From: a virus
IMG/VR virus record: IMGVR_UViG_3300044993_000286
Span: 1 to 47,689 of that record
Length of the DNA stretch: 47,689 nt
Reading direction: 5' to 3' (one strand)
Shown piece after piece: positions 8,776 to 18,216 of this stretch. Position 1 is the stretch's first letter, and every line of letters begins with the position of its first letter. The position numbers were made by a program, and so were the translations under genes. The notes below the pieces were generated by a model. That model did not search any database. It worked only from the letters and a program-made list of their open reading frames with translations, and had not been told where the DNA came from.

Positions 8776-9030
8776 TTATAAGCCGTTTTTTTCAGCAATT
8801 CGATTGACATACACTTTATTGTCTTTGTCCCATAATTCGAAATGGGGAAATTTTTTCTTAAAGTAGTAAAGTGAATGTATCATTGCGGTTTTTTCTTCGT
8901 CGGAATCCGTTTCTATTTCCATTGTCTTATCCGGGCTTAATTCCGTTATTGCAACTCTTAATTGCAGGAATCTTCCTTTTCTTCCGATTGAATTTTTCTT
9001 TTCGATTCTGTTGATTTCTTTGATTTTCAT
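8776..9030 (-). CDS. hypothetical protein (84 aa)
   Basis: ORF with the SD AAAGGAA. Confidence 0.6.
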   Translation of the reverse strand: MKIKEINRIEKKNSIGRKGRFLQLRVAITELSPDKTMEIETDSDEEKTAMIHSLYYFKKKFPHFELWDKDNKVYVNRIAEKNGL

Positions 9031-9046
9031 GGTTATTCCTTTCTTT

Positions 9047-9688
9047 TTAGCTATCGGTATTCGGTTCGTAATTGGGAACTTTATACTCGGGTAGCAGTGA
9101 TTTATGTTGATTGGCTGTTATATAAGCCAATTCTTTTTGATTAAGGTCTTTTATTTGTATTGTTTTGATTTCTTGTTTCATTATAGCGGGATGGTCTTCG
9201 GGTAATTGAGTTACTGTTTTTGCCGTTTTAGATGTTTTATTAGTAATCAGTTCTAAGAGTTCAGAATTATTGGATAAGAAGTTTTTCAGCTTATCGTATT
9301 CTTCTTTAGTCAGTTTATCGATTGAATAGAGGTAATCTTCATCGGTAAGAAAGATAGGGTTAATACTGCGATTTACCGAATTAAACGATACTATTTTCTT
9401 TCGAGTACCGAGAACTTTATCGGCATCCTGAATTCTCCAACGGATAAACAGCTTCATTCTTTCAATCATTTTTTCAATTGTCTTGGCATGAATTGCAAGA
9501 GCTTTTGATTGTTCTTTATAGAAATTAGCACTGTTTTCCATAGTTTCAAGTTTCCAAGTGTAACTGTCAACTATTTCGGCATCCGTTTTATTCCGCTCCA
9601 CTCCCGCTATTAACTCGTTAAATTCTTCCTGAATTTCTTTAATAGCGGGATGCATAAGTTCATTGAGACTTACTTTTTTGAGTTCCAT
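9047..9688 (-). CDS. hypothetical helical protein (213 aa), possibly Gp157-like
   Basis: SD GGAGAAG. Long amphipathic helical N-terminal half. The Gp157 suggestion rests only on general resemblance and context. Confidence 0.6.
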   Translation of the reverse strand: MELKKVSLNELMHPAIKEIQEEFNELIAGVERNKTDAEIVDSYTWKLETMENSANFYKEQSKALAIHAKTIEKMIERMKLFIRWRIQDADKVLGTRKKIVSFNSVNRSINPIFLTDEDYLYSIDKLTKEEYDKLKNFLSNNSELLELITNKTSKTAKTVTQLPEDHPAIMKQEIKTIQIKDLNQKELAYITANQHKSLLPEYKVPNYEPNTDS

Positions 9689-10146
9689 AGCTTCTCCATT
9701 TGACCTTTAAGATTATTTCCTACTCCTATTGCTCTGATGATTGTGTTAATCGACATATTATGCTTTCTTGATAATTCTATAACACTGTAATGATATTTCA
9801 TTCCTTGTTTTTTCTTTTCTAAATATTCGTTATAGATTTCATAATCTCTGATTTTTGTAGTATCGATAAATCCTTTCTCTTTTAGCTCATCAAATGACAT
9901 TTGGTTTAATTCTTCAATGGTATATCCTTTGCCTTCTCGCATAATTCTTAAAACTCTAAAATCCGATAAGTTATATTTCAGACCTATATCAAATGCTGTT
10001 TCGTTTAAGCTTACATTTTTACGGTTTTCTCTGTACTTTTGAGCATCCAATCTGATTTTATTGTTTCTGAATGCTTTCCAGGGGACTAATCCCAATGAAT
10101 GTAATTCTGAAAATTTCAATGACTTATACATTTTGATTCCTTTCAT
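9670..10146 (-). CDS. putative helix-turn-helix (HTH) DNA-binding or transcription regulator (158 aa)
   Basis: The C-terminal IRDYEIYNEYLEKKKQGMKYHYSVIELSRKHNMSINTIIRAI resembles a sigma region 4 / Mor-type HTH. Alternative start at 10131. Confidence 0.45.
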   Translation of the reverse strand: MKGIKMYKSLKFSELHSLGLVPWKAFRNNKIRLDAQKYRENRKNVSLNETAFDIGLKYNLSDFRVLRIMREGKGYTIEELNQMSFDELKEKGFIDTTKIRDYEIYNEYLEKKKQGMKYHYSVIELSRKHNMSINTIIRAIGVGNNLKGQMEKLWNSKK

Positions 10147-10339
10147 TTTGTTGGATAATTGCTTCTATAATCTTTATTGAATTCTGATAACCTTCGATGT
10201 TATATTCATAAGCTTTAACGGCATCAGAATCAACGAAATTTGGAACTGCTTTTTCCAATTCCAAACGCTTTTTTTCGGATTCAAGAGACTTTAATAATGT
10301 CTCTTTAATCTTACACAATTCTTCTGTTTGGGTTGACAT
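10124..10339 (-). CDS. hypothetical coiled-coil protein (71 aa)
   Basis: SD GAGGAG directly upstream. Confidence 0.6.
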   Translation of the reverse strand: MSTQTEELCKIKETLLKSLESEKKRLELEKAVPNFVDSDAVKAYEYNIEGYQNSIKIIEAIIQQNERNQNV

Positions 10340-10624
10340 TTACTCCTCTCTTTCTATTAGTTTAATTAATGATTGAAGCATATCGACCTCCTCAAAGGTC
10401 AAATAAAACTGTTCTGCGTTTGGGTAGTAAGTCGGAAATAAGGTAACTTCCTTGTCTTTGGTATTCACATAAGCTATTTCGTCTCCATTATGCTCTAAAA
10501 CTATTCCCCATTCAAGGATGGGTTCTGTGGTAAAGTTAACCACAAGAGACCGTTTTTTACGAGCATGAAAGTTACTATTATGAAATTTTTGATTGAATTT
10601 CTCGATTATCTCATCAATCTTCAT
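10340..10624 (-). CDS. hypothetical protein (94 aa)
   Basis: SD GGAGA. Overlaps the upstream gene by 11 nt and abuts the next gene. Confidence 0.6.
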   Translation of the reverse strand: MKIDEIIEKFNQKFHNSNFHARKKRSLVVNFTTEPILEWGIVLEHNGDEIAYVNTKDKEVTLFPTYYPNAEQFYLTFEEVDMLQSLIKLIEREE

Positions 10625-10811
10625 CTTTTGTCTCCATTAATCTTTTTAATACTTCTTTTTGTGGTAATGCAATAAAATAACAATCTCCATTTAACATCAC
10701 CACACAAGCAGTATCCTCATCATCCTTTCTAATTTCCGATATATAGGATTTATTGAGATAAACAGTTGAATTCTTACCCCGTAGGGGGAATTCTATAAAT
10801 TCAGGTTTCAT
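10614..10811 (-). CDS. hypothetical protein (65 aa)
   Basis: SD GAGGAGAA. Overlaps its neighbours. Confidence 0.6.
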   Translation of the reverse strand: MKPEFIEFPLRGKNSTVYLNKSYISEIRKDDEDTACVVMLNGDCYFIALPQKEVLKRLMETKDED

Positions 10812-11092
10812 CTTTGTTTCTCCTCTTCTTTAACATCAAAAAGATACTCCGAGTATATATCAGACATTTCAGGTATCCATAAAGTATATTCTCGGTCAGG
10901 TTTAATGTCAAACGATTCTAAATATGTTCTTAAAATAAAATTGTCATTTTTACTCAAATGTGATAATAAATTTTTGAATATTGAATATAATGATTTTGGT
11001 ATAAAGCCAACACATGTCTTTCCATTATATTCAACCGTACATTTGATTAGATGTTTATACGCTACATCATCAAGTGATATTATTTTTAACAT
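10808..11092 (-). CDS. hypothetical protein (94 aa)
   Basis: The start was moved to MLKIISLDD, which follows the SD AAAGGAGGA. Confidence 0.6.
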   Translation of the reverse strand: MLKIISLDDVAYKHLIKCTVEYNGKTCVGFIPKSLYSIFKNLLSHLSKNDNFILRTYLESFDIKPDREYTLWIPEMSDIYSEYLFDVKEEEKQR

Positions 11093-11106
11093 CTTTGTTC
11101 CTCCTT

Positions 11107-11517
11107 TTAAATTAAATAAAATCTGCATAACGGAGGGTACATTCCCTCAATGCAGTACTGTGCCGGGTCAAATTCTACTTCGAAGCATTTTGCTTCTTTG
11201 CTGTAATAAACCGACACATTTATATCAGCGGGTATCTTGCATATTTTGTATGCTCTCTCGCCGACTAATAGTTCTATGTCGTCTCGCTCCTGCGACTTCT
11301 TCCATCTTATCTTCCTTTCCGGGACAAAGTCAGGGCGGAAATGAGAGAAATACGCCCAGAAATTAAAATTGTCCTTTTTGGCACATTCTACGAATTCCTG
11401 CAAACTTTCTATTTGATTACGCAGATTGTAGTAATCTACAATCCACATAATTTGATTTATTCTTTTCTTTTCTTTTTCAGAAAGATTAGTCATAATATCA
11501 ACTGCTGTTGCTTCCAT
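11107..11517 (-). CDS. hypothetical protein (136 aa)
   Basis: The start was moved to MEATAVDIM, which follows the SD AAAGGAAAA. The upstream extension runs through an intergenic hairpin. Confidence 0.6.
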   Translation of the reverse strand: MEATAVDIMTNLSEKEKKRINQIMWIVDYYNLRNQIESLQEFVECAKKDNFNFWAYFSHFRPDFVPERKIRWKKSQERDDIELLVGERAYKICKIPADINVSVYYSKEAKCFEVEFDPAQYCIEGMYPPLCRFYLI

Positions 11518-11554
11518 TGTTTTTTCCTTTTTTTTAATTGATTGTTTAATAACT

Positions 11555-11579
11555 CGGGAGACTTGCTGAAGGTCTCCCG
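11555..11579 (-). promoter_or_regulatory. GC-rich intergenic hairpin (8-bp stem, 9-nt loop)
   Basis: cgggagac (11555-62) pairs with gtctcccg (11572-79). No U-tract follows on either strand. Confidence 0.45.
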
Positions 11580-11660
11580 CCAAAATCTGACTGCTGTTTT
11601 TTACAAATAGTCTAACTAATAACAGGACTCCTTTCTTTGATTAGTGAATAAATTAGTGAA

Positions 11661-11969
11661 TTAAATAGTGATGAATTTGTCTTTTGCTAAAAAGTATTGT
11701 GGCTCATATTTTCCGTAAGAATCAACTCTGGCATTTTCAATAAGATATTCTTTAGTAGTATGATAAATCTTTCCCATAATCCAGATTGCAATATCTTTAA
11801 AGTTAAGAGTATCCACCATCTCTTTGTTTATTCCGATTTCTTGAGTTTTGTTCATTGTATGAACCGGACTGTAAATCTTTTTGATTAAGGTACCATTCTC
11901 GATTATACCTATCAATTTACGCTCTCCGTTCAGATGAAGAAAAACCTTAGAATTCACCGTTGTAATCAT
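11661..11969 (-). CDS. hypothetical protein (102 aa)
   Basis: ORF with an ATGA-type overlap with the RusA-like gene. Confidence 0.6.
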   Translation of the reverse strand: MITTVNSKVFLHLNGERKLIGIIENGTLIKKIYSPVHTMNKTQEIGINKEMVDTLNFKDIAIWIMGKIYHTTKEYLIENARVDSYGKYEPQYFLAKDKFITI

Positions 11970-12382
11970 AATAAAGTATCTCCTTCTGAAATGTTTTCCA
12001 CAAAGATTGTTGTTTTTGCTTTTTCACCAAAAGTCTTATAAGAATACAACTTAACGATATTGGCATCATTGTGATAGACAATTCCCTGCATTGCATCAAG
12101 AACCAACTTTTGCAAATTATCCAAATCGGGTTTGGTAATTTTTTCATTTACATTTTTTCGGGTCGATTGAGGTTTGATGAAATAAAATGTTATCGATATT
12201 GACAAAGGTTGGTTATTGTAAGGAATAAAATCTTGAGGTAATTGGTCTATCAATTGTTGTCTTATATGTGCTACTGCATTTGTTACTACGGGAGGTTGCC
12301 AGGAATGTATTTTCCCGTTATTAACCGAATGTCTCGCACTTTGTTTTGGTATCGGTTCTCCAAGAATCGTGAACTGTAACAT
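11966..12382 (-). CDS. rusA: RusA-like Holliday junction resolvase
   Basis: ILGEPIPKQSAR ... KPDLDNLQKLVLDAMQGIVYHNDANIV matches the RusA signature (PDxDNL..K...DAL......DD). The start was set at MLQFTILG after the SD AAAGGAA. Confidence 0.75.
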   Translation of the reverse strand: MLQFTILGEPIPKQSARHSVNNGKIHSWQPPVVTNAVAHIRQQLIDQLPQDFIPYNNQPLSISITFYFIKPQSTRKNVNEKITKPDLDNLQKLVLDAMQGIVYHNDANIVKLYSYKTFGEKAKTTIFVENISEGDTLL

Positions 12383-12403
12383 AAGTATTCCTTTGTTAAT
12401 ACA

Positions 12404-12423
12404 GCTCCCTCTTTCGAGGGAGC
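12404..12423 (-). promoter_or_regulatory. very stable GC hairpin with a GAAA tetraloop on the minus-strand RNA
   Basis: gctccctc (12404-11) pairs with gagggagc (12416-23). It is intergenic, between 12435..12863 and the RusA-like gene, and has no clear U-tract. Confidence 0.5.
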
Positions 12424-12434
12424 CTGCAAATTGA

Positions 12435-12863
12435 TTAGTACTTTCCGAATTTAGTTCCGTCTTCGTGATGGAACTTATTGAACAACTCGGTAGTATTGTA
12501 CCATTTGTCTTCATATCTGAAAAGTTGGTGAGTGGAAATACCCGTAATGGCTTTACCGTATCTTACACCGTTCTTCTTCACATTACCGTAAACCAAAACG
12601 GTTCCTTTTTTGACTTTCTTAGCCAACTCTTCAAATGTATAAGGACGAGGACGACTGTCTGTTTTCTCAACAGCATCACCGAGTATCTCATACTTCTTTG
12701 CACTTCTGTAGTACTCAATGCCTTCTATCTCATTATTGATGAGAATATTCATTGAGTTATCATCAAAACGGGTAACGATTGCTACTGCATCATTTCCCCA
12801 ATCTTTGCAGGTAAATTTCTTTCCTGCCAACAAAGCGATTGCTTCTTTTTTCGTCATTTTCAT
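12435..12863 (-). CDS. hypothetical protein (142 aa)
   Basis: ORF overlapping the stop of the primase-helicase gene (ATGA). Confidence 0.6.
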   Translation of the reverse strand: MKMTKKEAIALLAGKKFTCKDWGNDAVAIVTRFDDNSMNILINNEIEGIEYYRSAKKYEILGDAVEKTDSRPRPYTFEELAKKVKKGTVLVYGNVKKNGVRYGKAITGISTHQLFRYEDKWYNTTELFNKFHHEDGTKFGKY

Positions 12864-14632
12864 ATTGTCTCCATTCTGAAATTATGTTTGTTGAATCGTA
12901 GGTTTAATGTTATTTCAGCTTCATCCCTACTTGCTGAAGCTGTGAGTGTTCTGTAAACTGATTCTCTTTCACCTTCCCATGAAAGAATCTTATCGAACTT
13001 TTGAGCTATTGCGCTGCTTCCTATGGATGAATGAACATCCAATCGCTTTACTTCTCCTTTCCAATTGGGAGAAGAAGCTTGTTTGGAAATGTGCAATATA
13101 CAACCGATAATACAATCAGTTCGTTGTGCTACTTCTTTGAGTCTATTGGCAAGAATACTCGTTTTTGCGGTAATATCGGTAACTCCGGGTACATCCAAAC
13201 CATCGAGAGTATCAACGATTACTATTTGCGGTTGATTATCGATTATCATCTTTTCGAATTGTTCTATCGTAGGAGGAATCACAAGCATTTGGATATGCTT
13301 GATTTTATCCGAAAGAGAATTGTTCGATTGCTTGTAGTATTCTTCAACCTGTTTCTTAGTCATACCATGAGCAATTTGAATAAATCGTCTGTATGCTAAA
13401 TTTTTATGGTTTTCGAATGTACAATAAATCGATTTCATTCTGGTAAGTTTGACTAAAAGATTTTGGATAAATCCCGACTTGCCTATCTTGGTAGGACCTT
13501 GAATTCCAAAAACTTCTCCGGGATAAAATTTATAGACATATTTACCGGGAAATGCTTCGTTTAAATCAAAAGATTTTGATTCGAAATCACTTCTGATGAA
13601 ATTAACAAAGTCCTTTTCAGCATCGGCAGGTGTGATTAAATCCAATGTATAATTCTTTTTACGATAAAAGATACATTTATCCGAACAGTATTTACTCATT
13701 AAGTAATCTGCACAACTGTAAGTATATCCTTTATCGTATGTATCGTCCACTATTCTTTTCACTTCATAAGGTTCCAAAGAATCAGCCCAATCGATTAAGA
13801 GTTTAGCAACAGCTTCTCTGGGCAATCCCGCTCTTCGCCAAGCTGAAGACATTCTCAAGATTTTATGATGTCTTGTTCCCGCTTCAGCTCCTTCACGATA
13901 CATATTCGTGATGCAAGTAGCAATGGTACTTTGGTCTTTATTTTCGTTACTCGGAATAGAAGACAATTTAATGGGTATTTCCTCTATCAGATGTGTGAAA
14001 TCTTTTTCGAATGGTTCAAGATTCCATTTGAAATTTAATCTGGGTTCTTTGGCAATCCGATTAAAATCTTCGGTATTACCGTTAAAGAACTCATCTTGAG
14101 TAAGTGGGATTTTGAATAATCCCACTTTCTCGTTAAATGTATTAGGAACCCGAATCATCGAAGCAAAAGACGACCATACGGCTTTGTCTCCTTCGGGAAA
14201 TAATCTGCCAAAATTTTGACTTACCAATATTGGTAAAGAATTTGACGGATTAAATTTGAATAATTGAGGAAGAGCTATGTGATATCCTGAACCTGAAAAA
14301 TAGTATTCGATACTCTCATAAGGAATATCATAATCACTATTCATTCTGTAACAGAATTCTCTCGCTCTTCTTAGAACAAATTCAGAAGTATCCTTTCCTT
14401 TGTCTATATCAACTATCAGTTTCCTGAAATAAACATTGCCTCTGAATCCACGAATTGTTTTCACTCCTCGTGAATAATGGTCGTTGATTTCATTATCAAA
14501 TAAGTAATAAGACATGAAAAGCGTATTTCTATGTCTTGCGTAAACAGGTACTAATTTGGGTACTTCTTCAAGAGGAACTACCTTTCTGTTGACCTTTTCC
14601 GAATTAATCTCGACATAGAATGGTACTTTCAT
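12860..14632 (-). CDS. bifunctional AEP-type primase (PrimPol-like) / SF4 RecA-fold helicase
   Basis: The N-terminal part has AEP motifs: LIVDIDKG (DxD), FSGSGYHIA (sGxGxH) and MIRVPNTFNEK. The C-terminal part has a P-loop (GPTKIGKSGF) and Walker B (QIVIVDTLD). Confidence 0.8.
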   Translation of the reverse strand: MKVPFYVEINSEKVNRKVVPLEEVPKLVPVYARHRNTLFMSYYLFDNEINDHYSRGVKTIRGFRGNVYFRKLIVDIDKGKDTSEFVLRRAREFCYRMNSDYDIPYESIEYYFSGSGYHIALPQLFKFNPSNSLPILVSQNFGRLFPEGDKAVWSSFASMIRVPNTFNEKVGLFKIPLTQDEFFNGNTEDFNRIAKEPRLNFKWNLEPFEKDFTHLIEEIPIKLSSIPSNENKDQSTIATCITNMYREGAEAGTRHHKILRMSSAWRRAGLPREAVAKLLIDWADSLEPYEVKRIVDDTYDKGYTYSCADYLMSKYCSDKCIFYRKKNYTLDLITPADAEKDFVNFIRSDFESKSFDLNEAFPGKYVYKFYPGEVFGIQGPTKIGKSGFIQNLLVKLTRMKSIYCTFENHKNLAYRRFIQIAHGMTKKQVEEYYKQSNNSLSDKIKHIQMLVIPPTIEQFEKMIIDNQPQIVIVDTLDGLDVPGVTDITAKTSILANRLKEVAQRTDCIIGCILHISKQASSPNWKGEVKRLDVHSSIGSSAIAQKFDKILSWEGERESVYRTLTASASRDEAEITLNLRFNKHNFRMETI

Positions 14633-14633
14633 G

Positions 14634-15191
14634 TTATATCACCGGTTCGTTATCTGATTCGGGGAAAGGAACAGATTCATCATCAGACAGCTTAGGAGTG
14701 TATTTATACACTTTGTCTTTCGACACATCTTTTATGAATTTCTGTTCCAATTTAAGCATGTCTTTATCGAAATTTGAATATGTCCGATAAAGCTCTTCAC
14801 CGTTATCTTTAGTCGAGAGATATTTCAGAACATAAATTTCTTTCTCGATGCATTTTTGCCATACATCATCGGGAATTCTTCCCGCATCATCGGTCTCAAA
14901 TTTAAGACCCGGATTACATGCAAGAATAAATTCCTTGATTTTGAAAGCACTTCCCCATCCTTCCACTACATTATTGATATTCTTTTTGTAATTACCGTCA
15001 ATAAAGAGTTTTGAAGTTTGTGTTGTACCGTCTTTCTTTTCTCTTTCAATATCAATTTCAAGAGAAATATCCACCATCTTACCGCTATTTGGGTTAGTAC
15101 GAAACATTGTTACTTCAATGTTCTTAACCGTAAAGGGCATAATGATGTATTTGGATTTCTTAAATCCGCTATCAATACTACTAACAGCCAT
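14634..15191 (-). CDS. putative single-stranded DNA-binding protein (185 aa)
   Basis: It lies between the helicase and the Sak4-like ATPase. The acidic C-terminal tail (SDDESVPFPESDNEPVI) resembles SSB / T7 gp2.5 tails. No canonical OB-fold motif was verified. Confidence 0.35.
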   Translation of the reverse strand: MAVSSIDSGFKKSKYIIMPFTVKNIEVTMFRTNPNSGKMVDISLEIDIEREKKDGTTQTSKLFIDGNYKKNINNVVEGWGSAFKIKEFILACNPGLKFETDDAGRIPDDVWQKCIEKEIYVLKYLSTKDNGEELYRTYSNFDKDMLKLEQKFIKDVSKDKVYKYTPKLSDDESVPFPESDNEPVI

Positions 15192-15208
15192 TGTAGATTC
15201 CTTTCTTT

Positions 15209-15922
15209 TTATGAGTTGTATTCGTTGATTTTATCCAAGATAATTTTGAGGTCGTTTGGTTCTTCAAAATCGAGTTGGTCTATGGGAGATTTAGCGGTAT
15301 TAGTACCATCGGAATTAGTAACGACATAGTACTCAAGCTTTCCGTTTGCTTTTCTTGATTGACCAAGAAGTACATTGGTAAACATACCTTCTATGGTGAT
15401 TTTTTCGTCAAGCATTTTACCGATAGTTTTAGCTTTGATAATACCGTCTGAACTTTCAGCATGATGCAGAAAAACAACGGTAATATCATCTCTTAATTCT
15501 TGTGCAGTAGTAAGAACAAGAAAAAAGTTTTGTCCTATTTCGCTGAATTTTTCGTATCCTTTTTCTTTTGCTCTTGCCATGAACTCATACGCCATTAAGT
15601 ATTGCGAATCATCTATGATGATTGTTTTTATATGAGTCAATCGTTCACTGATAAGTTTAAGAGTTTTACTGACCGTTTCGGAAGCTTCCATGAATACTTT
15701 GGGATTTTTCTTCATGGTCTCAGGTCCAACTGCTTGTTTGAATATAATCTTTCGGTTTCCCTGAACCTCTCCGTGAGATTCAAAATACTTAGACCTCCAG
15801 TTTTTAAACGGGAGGTCTTTGTTAATTATTGAAATCAGATAAGTTGTTTTCGGGTCAAGATTACGGATTGATGTTGTCTTTCCGCAACCCGACGGTCCGA
15901 TGTACAGAATACTTCTGCTCAT
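15209..15922 (-). CDS. Sak4-like / AAA_24-type P-loop ATPase (recombination or replication accessory)
   Basis: N-terminal Walker A (ILYIGPSGCGKTT), Walker B (TIIIDDSQYL), and a size and context typical of phage Sak4-like ATPases. Strong SD GAAAGGAG. Confidence 0.6.
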   Translation of the reverse strand: MSRSILYIGPSGCGKTTSIRNLDPKTTYLISIINKDLPFKNWRSKYFESHGEVQGNRKIIFKQAVGPETMKKNPKVFMEASETVSKTLKLISERLTHIKTIIIDDSQYLMAYEFMARAKEKGYEKFSEIGQNFFLVLTTAQELRDDITVVFLHHAESSDGIIKAKTIGKMLDEKITIEGMFTNVLLGQSRKANGKLEYYVVTNSDGTNTAKSPIDQLDFEEPNDLKIILDKINEYNS

Positions 15923-16898
15923 CTTTTTGCTCCTTTCTTTTTAGTTTTGTACATGATTTACAAGTTTTAGAATTTGTGGGTACAAATATAGCACTACACT
16001 CATCACAAATTTTATATCCGTATTCTTCCGTAATGCTTTCTGCCCATTCTGTGATTAATTTTTCGGAAAAATATGAAGTAATTTTTACACATTCATACTT
16101 GTCATTTTTTATATTCCCGTATCGATAAATTGGAATATTCGGATTATGTGAACCATTAGCCATGTCTATCACAAGCTTGTCTATGTAATACACTTCAGGA
16201 TAGAATAATTTCGGAGTTGAAAATCCAAAATCATCAAATTTTGGAATATAAACCGTATTCCTTTTAACAGCGGGAGTGTGAGGTAAATGGATGTCCTTAT
16301 AGGTATTAAAGAATTGTCTGAACAGCTTAATTTGAACTTTTAATTCATTCAAATTAGCAAATGCATCCAAGCTGTGATAATCGTAATAACATACTCCAAA
16401 ATTGAATGCTTTGCATCCTAAATTTGTCAAGTATGATATATCCGATATCGAACCTATTCCTATTCTGAATCCTGCATCTATTAATAAGTTACGAGTATCA
16501 GTATCATCAAAAGAATACAGAACGACATCATTTCCTTTTCTGTCAAATTCAAATATCCAATTATATTTCTTATCGGTTTTGAATTCTTTAGCGGATGAAT
16601 TTCCCTGCTCTTCATCCGTTGTAAGTAATATGTCATAAGGCAAATCAAACAATTCTTCCATAATAACATATACACCTAAACGGTCATCCAATACGGGTGA
16701 ATAAAATACATGTTTGTGTGGAAATTTTACTTCTATAGCATGTGTACATTTACACACACTATCGAGATGGGCTACCGCAAGGATAACTCCACCTCTGTCC
16801 CAAAATAGGTTTCTTCCTTGTTTAAGCAAAGAGGGATACTTCGTAGTGAAGTCCTTCTCCGGAAGAAACATCAGTTCTTTCATTTTTTGTATATCCAT
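15861..16898 (-). CDS. putative co-catalytic metallohydrolase (M20/M28/M42-like) with a C-terminal zinc ribbon
   Basis: Ordered motifs VAHLDSV (HxD), PVLDDRLGVYV (D), TTDEEQG (EE) and YYDYHS (H). The C-terminus has CDECS...CKSC. Confidence 0.45.
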   Translation of the reverse strand: MDIQKMKELMFLPEKDFTTKYPSLLKQGRNLFWDRGGVILAVAHLDSVCKCTHAIEVKFPHKHVFYSPVLDDRLGVYVIMEELFDLPYDILLTTDEEQGNSSAKEFKTDKKYNWIFEFDRKGNDVVLYSFDDTDTRNLLIDAGFRIGIGSISDISYLTNLGCKAFNFGVCYYDYHSLDAFANLNELKVQIKLFRQFFNTYKDIHLPHTPAVKRNTVYIPKFDDFGFSTPKLFYPEVYYIDKLVIDMANGSHNPNIPIYRYGNIKNDKYECVKITSYFSEKLITEWAESITEEYGYKICDECSAIFVPTNSKTCKSCTKLKRKEQKDEQKYSVHRTVGLRKDNINP

Positions 16899-18216
16899 TT
16901 TTTCCTTTCTTCAAATATTCTTTTGTTACGAATCCTTCTCCTTCTGCATCTCTGAATATAACCGCATCTTCCCGAAGTATATATTGATGCATTATGTGGC
17001 TGTAAATAAGGTCTTCAGTCCATTCCAATTGTCCGTTTACGGTCATTGCATAAGATGGTCTTACATAAATACCATGTCTTTTGATAAAGACTATTTTACC
17101 TGCTTTCAGCATTTCTTCGATTATATCAGGATGGCAGAGTTGAGTAGGTCTGTCTTCGGTTGTCCATACATTATAAGGATGAAACGAAAGTTTTTCCGAA
17201 AATGCGCATTGCTTAACAAGTTTAACACACTGTTGACATAATGTATGTTCTTCATTGTCAACAATTTTCGTAACAAAATTTTGCGGTGTATCTTCTTCTC
17301 CACAATGAGTGCATTTAATTCGAACAATATCCGTATTCAAATCAATGGAAGCAATTTCGGAAGCATCATCGGAAAATAAATATCCGTGACCTTCTTCATT
17401 AATCCAAATACGGTCTTTCGCATGTCCCTTGTTAATCAAGGTAATATACTCAAAGTCCGTATCCAGAAATTCAGATATTGCTTCTTTGAGATTAAACAAA
17501 GTGAGGTTTTTACCGTTAAAATAACCGTTAAAGAGAATATAACCTCCGTTTGTTCTCTCAAATAACCAACATCTTCCGAGAGTATAACCTTCCATATATA
17601 AATGAGTATGGTCGGTTAAGAATTCAGCGGGAGGATTTTTCTTATAAAACAACAGAGCTTTGAATTTTTCATTACTTATTATCGTTTCTCTCGCATCAAC
17701 ACGACCGTTCCAAAAACAGGAATTGGAATCTCCGTATTCACCCGCAAGCCATATTTTTTCTTTTCTCGGATTAAAGACTCTGAAATATATAATCGTCTCT
17801 CCCTCTTTCGAATCAAGAACATTTCCTATTTCGGAAAGTTCTTTTTGTGTAAGCTTATAGTTCCATAATTTATGAAACCATTTTGAGATTTGTCTGTTAA
17901 GTCTTACACCTTTCGAATTCCTGTTTTTTTTAAGATTGGGAAACTCTTCCAAATCGATTGATACATCTAATATTGTTTTTGGATTGTTGTAGATGTACAC
18001 TTGAGCCAATGACTCTAAATCTTTCCCGTAAATCTCTTTGTACCATTTCCCAATCGGATGAGTGGTAAGATTATCGGTAGTTATTGGCGGCATTGTTGAG
18101 AAAATATTTCTCATTATACTGAGACACATATCATACAATGTTTTATATCTTTTCTCAATTGCCGAATTACTTTTCACAGTTAACGGATATACAATGTTTT
18201 CTTCTAAGATTTTCAT
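16822..18216 (-). CDS. hypothetical protein (464 aa) with an internal Cys4 zinc ribbon
   Basis: SD GAGGAG. Contains CTHCGEED...CQQC. No family recognised. Confidence 0.7.
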   Translation of the reverse strand: MKILEENIVYPLTVKSNSAIEKRYKTLYDMCLSIMRNIFSTMPPITTDNLTTHPIGKWYKEIYGKDLESLAQVYIYNNPKTILDVSIDLEEFPNLKKNRNSKGVRLNRQISKWFHKLWNYKLTQKELSEIGNVLDSKEGETIIYFRVFNPRKEKIWLAGEYGDSNSCFWNGRVDARETIISNEKFKALLFYKKNPPAEFLTDHTHLYMEGYTLGRCWLFERTNGGYILFNGYFNGKNLTLFNLKEAISEFLDTDFEYITLINKGHAKDRIWINEEGHGYLFSDDASEIASIDLNTDIVRIKCTHCGEEDTPQNFVTKIVDNEEHTLCQQCVKLVKQCAFSEKLSFHPYNVWTTEDRPTQLCHPDIIEEMLKAGKIVFIKRHGIYVRPSYAMTVNGQLEWTEDLIYSHIMHQYILREDAVIFRDAEGEGFVTKEYLKKGKNGYTKNERTDVSSGEGLHYEVSLFA

